Shown: one piece after another, positions 59,155 through 64,000 of the stretch
Layout of the letters: every line of letters starts with the position of its first letter
How positions within the stretch are numbered: position 1 is the stretch's first letter
Assembly (NCBI RefSeq): GCF_009914755.1
Contig: NC_060937.1
From: the human T2T-CHM13v2.0 reference genome, Homo sapiens
Strand: one strand, 5' to 3'
Length of the DNA: 64,000 bases
Notes under the pieces: model-generated
Database searches by the model: none
What the model was told of the DNA's origin: nothing
What the model saw: only the letters and a program-made list of their open reading frames with translations
Translations under genes and position numbers: made by a program

Positions 59155-60793
59155 CTATATGTATGCCACTGTTTTGTATCTAAAAAGAGAACATTTATTT
59201 GCCCCCTAAGAACCAATTTTCATAACCTCAAAAATGTGAATTTTCATAATAAATTTTCAAGGGTAATAGTCCCCCCTGTACTGTAAATCACCTAAATAAC
59301 CCACTAAATAAATAATTGGGTAACTTCGAGCTACTTTCTTATCCTTGAGAATCTCTATTTCCATTTACAAAACAGGAGAAAGCACTTGGTACATATTACA
59401 TACTCAATAAAGGTTAATTTTTTTTCACCTTGAAAGTCTCATGCAGTCTGACATTCTATGAAATTACAATTCTACTTGGATCTTCCCAATTTAAACATAA
59501 AAAGCCACCTCTCACAGTCCTACTGCTATCACCTTCCCCTCCCGATTGCCAGTGTCTGCCGGCGTTAGCACTGTTCTTTAGTATTCCAAGCAGAAATCCG
59601 GAACGTTCTCTTTGATTTTTCCCTCTCTTTGACAAATTACACCTAATTCAAGGTGGCATAGGGTGAACAAAGAGTAGTACCATCCCAAAACTCTGGGAAG
59701 GAGGAATGAAATAGGTTGCCTCGCTGATAATTAAACCAATTACATTAACATATAATAGGAAGGAGATTATTTTTTGTTTGTTTTCTGAGTTAAAAAACTG
59801 GTAATTTTTACTTCAAGAGTATATTAATCTATCAGCAAAGAAGAATATTAACCAGAGGTTGCCGTCAGAATCGGAAAGGAGAAAAAAAATGAGCCTATCC
59901 CACGGACATCTAAAAATCCAACGCATTACAAATGTAAACTCAGCATTTTTGCCCCTACACCTGTCTCACCCAATAAACTCACCTCACTCAATAGCAACAT
60001 AGCCTACCCAATTACCTAAGCAGAAATCTGCTCCATTTCACATCCAGCCTCTAAATCCTGTCAATTCTTCATCCTTAATATCGTTCAAATCCATTCTCTC
60101 CACACCATTGCTCCACCTGAGAACAGGCTCTGCCCCTGCTCCCCCAGACAGGTGACCCAGCCCAGCTTTCTGAGGCTATGCTCGGATCCCTCCAACGCAT
60201 TCTGCAGGCTGTTGCCACAGTGCTGTCTGTAAAAAGGATATCTAATCATCTACATAACTCCCACAGTTTAAAATCCAGCTACTCCACTTCACACCCCTCC
60301 AACACCTCAAAAGAATGAGAGGGGGAAACCACTCCAGGAGAAACCGCCACAAAGCAATGTAGCAGTATTGCCTTGACTAGAAAACTGGCAGCAGAAAAAC
60401 CTTTTAACTAGTTGCTTTATGTCATGAAACCTACCTTCCGTTGACCTTAAAAGAAACAAACTTGGGCCTAGCCTAGGTAAAGGAGTAACCCCTGAGTTTA
60501 GTAAAGTTTTACTTAGTTTATTTTCAGTGTCAAAATGTTTTTTATTAGCTCTCATAAATAATTTCTTTGGGAACTCTTTAATTTTTCAGGGACATAACTA
60601 CATGTGTCATGGTCCCCTGTAGTTATAATGTAATCCTGGATTCAGAAATACAGAATTGCTAATTTTATAGGTCAGGTGAGTCTCAATCTTCTCATTCTAA
60701 GAATTAGTATACAGAATATATTGTAAAACAATATTCTACTATTCTTACAATTAAGCCTGATTCATAGTTCTGTACTGTTTAATTTACTACATA

Positions 60794-61571
60794 TGGTCAT
60801 GCACCACATAACATTTTAGTCAATGACAGACCTCAAATACGATGGTGGTCCCATAAGATTCTAATACTGTATTTTTACTCTACTTTTCCTATGTTTAGGC
60901 ATGTTTGGATACACACGTTTGCCACTGTGTTGTAATTGTATGTCTCTCAAATTCTGAAATATTAGAATGACATCCTGTGTTCTGAAATCCCAGTTTAGAA
61001 AGTTAGGTCAAACTAGAAGTACCATTTAATTTTAAAAAGCATTTCGCTAAACTTACTAAAGACAGAGGAATAAGTGGTTACTAAAAGAAAACAGACTGTG
61101 CCTGAACATTAGGGTTTAACATATATTTGAAGGAGGATAATACATGTTTGCACAGTCTTGTGGTTTTTAGGTGGGACCTTTGGCAGGTGACTAGGACATG
61201 AAGGCAGAGTGCTCATGAATGGGGTTAGTGTCCTTATAATAGGGACCTCAGAGAATTTTCTTGCCCCTCCACCATGTGGGGATCCAGCAAGAGGACAAAC
61301 AAAATAAAGTAAATTTATTAACACAGTATGTAAACAAAATAAAATTATTTACACGGTATTCACAGTATATTATACTGTACAGTATTCAGTACAGTAACAT
61401 GCTGTACGGGTTTCCACCTAGGAGCAATAGGCTATGCTACATAGTCTAGCTGTGTAGCAGGCTGTATGACCTAGGTTTGTGTAAATGCACTCTATGATGT
61501 TTGCGTAATGACGAAATCACCTATAATGCATTTTGCAGGACGTATCCCTGCCATTAAGCAACGTATAACTG
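60794..61571. mobile_element. Tigger3a (MER7A) split in two (60794-60938 and 61378-61571)
   Basis: gtcatgcaccacataac...gatggtggtcccataagatt...taattg | tacagtattcagtacagtaacatgctgtac...ttaagcaacgtataactg; TA at both outer ends. Confidence 0.85.
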
Positions 61572-62743
61572 TATTTCCTTCCTCCATTTTCCTAGCTTTA
61601 ATTCTACTGCAAAATCTCTCCAAAACTCTTCAGTTTAGACCTATATCACCATCTCTCCTTTTTCTCTTTTCCAGTAATTCTTTTCCTTTACCTCAGGTTG
61701 TGTCTTCATAAATATGTCTCCAATATTTTTCTTTTCTTAAAGACAAATACTTGAGCCTAATTATCATCTCACCATATGGTTTCTCTTCTCTTCGTTATTC
61801 CTCATACCTATCACGCAGTTCTTCTGCAATTGCTATCAAAATTCACCTGACCTCTTCCCATTATATTTGTACACCTCTAAACTTACCATCTGCCATTGTC
61901 CTTCAGATGGCTACTAAATCCTGAATTCATTTTAAGGTCTTGCCATTCTATAACTGTTTCTCACCTCTTCAGTTGTATGATTCCCTAAACCTAATTTCCA
62001 CTTCTTACTAACAGGAGAGAGTGAACTGTCATAAACAAAATAAAACATTCACTATGACAAGAAAGAGTTGCAACTTACCTGTTTCCTGAAAGTGGTCTTG
62101 AGCAAGGACAAACCATGCTGGCAAAGGAAGAAAGGAGAAGCGCTACTGAAGATGCTAAAAAGACAATTCTGGTGCACCATGGCCCTGCTGAAGTTCTTCT
62201 GAGATATGAACACCTAGGAGACTTGTCTTAGTCCATGTGGGCTGTTATAGTAAAATACCATAAACTGGGCAGCTTATAAACAAAAGAAACTTACTTCTCA
62301 CAGTTCTGCAGGCTGGAAACTCCAAGTCGAAGGTGCCAGCAGACTCAGTGTCTGGTGAGAGCCGGCTCCCTGGTTCACAGGCGCATGTCTTCTTTCTGCA
62401 GCCCCACATGCTGGAGGGGCAAGAAAGTTCTCTGCGGTCCCTTCCATAAGGACACCAACCCCATTCATGAGTACTCTGCCTTCATGTCCTAGTCACCTCC
62501 CAAAGGTCCCACCTAAAAACCACAAGACTGTGCAAACATGTGTTAGCCTCCTTCAAATGTATGTTAAACCCTAATGTTCAGGCATAGTCTGTTTTCTTTT
62601 GGTAACCACCTATTCCTCTGTCTTTAGTAAATTTGACCAAATGCTTTTTAAAATTAAATGGTACTTCTAGTTGGACCTAACTTTCTAAACTGGGAATTCA
62701 GAACACAAGACTTCATTCTAATAATTCAGAATTTGAAGTACAT
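60940..62743. repeat. Inverted repeat, arms 60940-61297 and 62386-62743
   Basis: Manual ungapped alignment: 358 bp, ~32 mismatches (~91% identity). Confidence 0.93.
62225..62515 (-). mobile_element. MLT1A-like MaLR LTR
   Basis: tgtcttagtccat...aataccataaactggg...tctcacagttctg...aaggtgccagcagactcagtgtctggtgag. Confidence 0.8.
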
Positions 62744-63057
62744 GTTCTTTTCCATCGAATTAACACATACGATTTTAGGCCTTTTGAGCATGTCCTCCCC
62801 CAGTCTCATTCTTTTGGTGGAAAGCATTCCCATCTTTGAGTTCTACCTCAATATAGCAGCACTCAGCCCCTTCAGATGTTTTGGTTGATTTTGGATGAAT
62901 TTTTTTCTACTTCTCTGTGTCTTTACTAACATGTGATAACCAGAACCACAGACTGAATTTCATATGTAAATGAACCATGCTTTTATATGGCAATGGGATA
63001 TGGTTTTCATTCATTTTCAAAAGATTCAAATGTGAAAATGTACCCATTTCAAAATAG

Positions 63058-63362
<305 letters not shown>

Positions 63363-63435
63363 AACTTCTTATAGTAATATGTTGTAAGTAAAAGCATTTT
63401 ATAAACTGGAAATCACTCTAAAAATACAAATTATG

Positions 63436-63722
63436 GGCTGGGCATGGGGCTCATGCCTGTAATCTCAGCATTTTCAGTGGCTGAAGAGGGAAGCTCTCTG
63501 GAGCTCAGGAATTCGAGACCAGCCTGTGCAACATAGTGAGACCCTATCTCCACAAAAAATTTTAAAAATTACCTAAGCATGGTAGCATGCACCTGTACTT
63601 CCAACTACCCGTGGGGCTGAGGTAGGAAGATTGCTTGAGCCCACGAGGTTGAGGCTGCAGTGAGCTGTGACTGCACACCATTGCACTCTAGCCTGAGTGA
63701 CAGAGCAAAACCCTGTCTCCAA
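63436..63722 (+). mobile_element. AluJ followed by (TA)/(CA) low-complexity tail
   Basis: Dimeric J-type Alu. Confidence 0.88.
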
Positions 63723-64000
63723 ATATATATATGCATACACAGACACACACATATATATACATACACACATATACATAAAAAAATTACTACTTTTTCTTGT
63801 ATGTGTTGTAATTTTCTCCAGTATGTTTTTCTCTGGTATGCTATATAGGTATCAGAATATATAAATATATATATGTGATATATAGTTACATATATATGAG
63901 ATAGTTATATATACACAAATATATAGAATATATATTTTCAAATGTGTTATATTTTAAATATTTATATTATTTTTATATTATATATTAAAATACACTTTAT

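Noticed and set aside
63840-64000. AT-rich quasi-palindromic stretch
   Set aside because: Degenerate (TA)n low-complexity sequence cut by the window edge.

Overview
Human intronic and promoter DNA (an AluYa5 carrying all five diagnostic bases supports human origin) covering the 5' end of DIAPH3 (formin mDia2) on the minus strand. It holds a CpG-island promoter, coding exon 1 (49230-49409), a ~30.6 kb intron 1, a 33-nt exon 2 (18587-18619), part of intron 2, and ~14 kb of upstream sequence. Most of the rest is transposon debris: Alu, L1, L2, MIR, MaLR/ERV LTRs, Tigger and hAT. I see no prokaryotic-type system, CRISPR array or second protein-coding gene. The most unusual structures are three copy events: (1) a 358-bp, ~91% identical inverted duplication pasted into a Tigger3a upstream of the gene; (2) a ~2.6 kb poly(A)-ended block containing apparently older repeats that splits an MLT1B LTR between duplicated flanks; (3) a ~93-bp poly(A)-tailed, TSD-flanked retrocopy of the R region of a MER41 LTR. 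Repeat family names come from remembered consensus sequences and need RepeatMasker confirmation.
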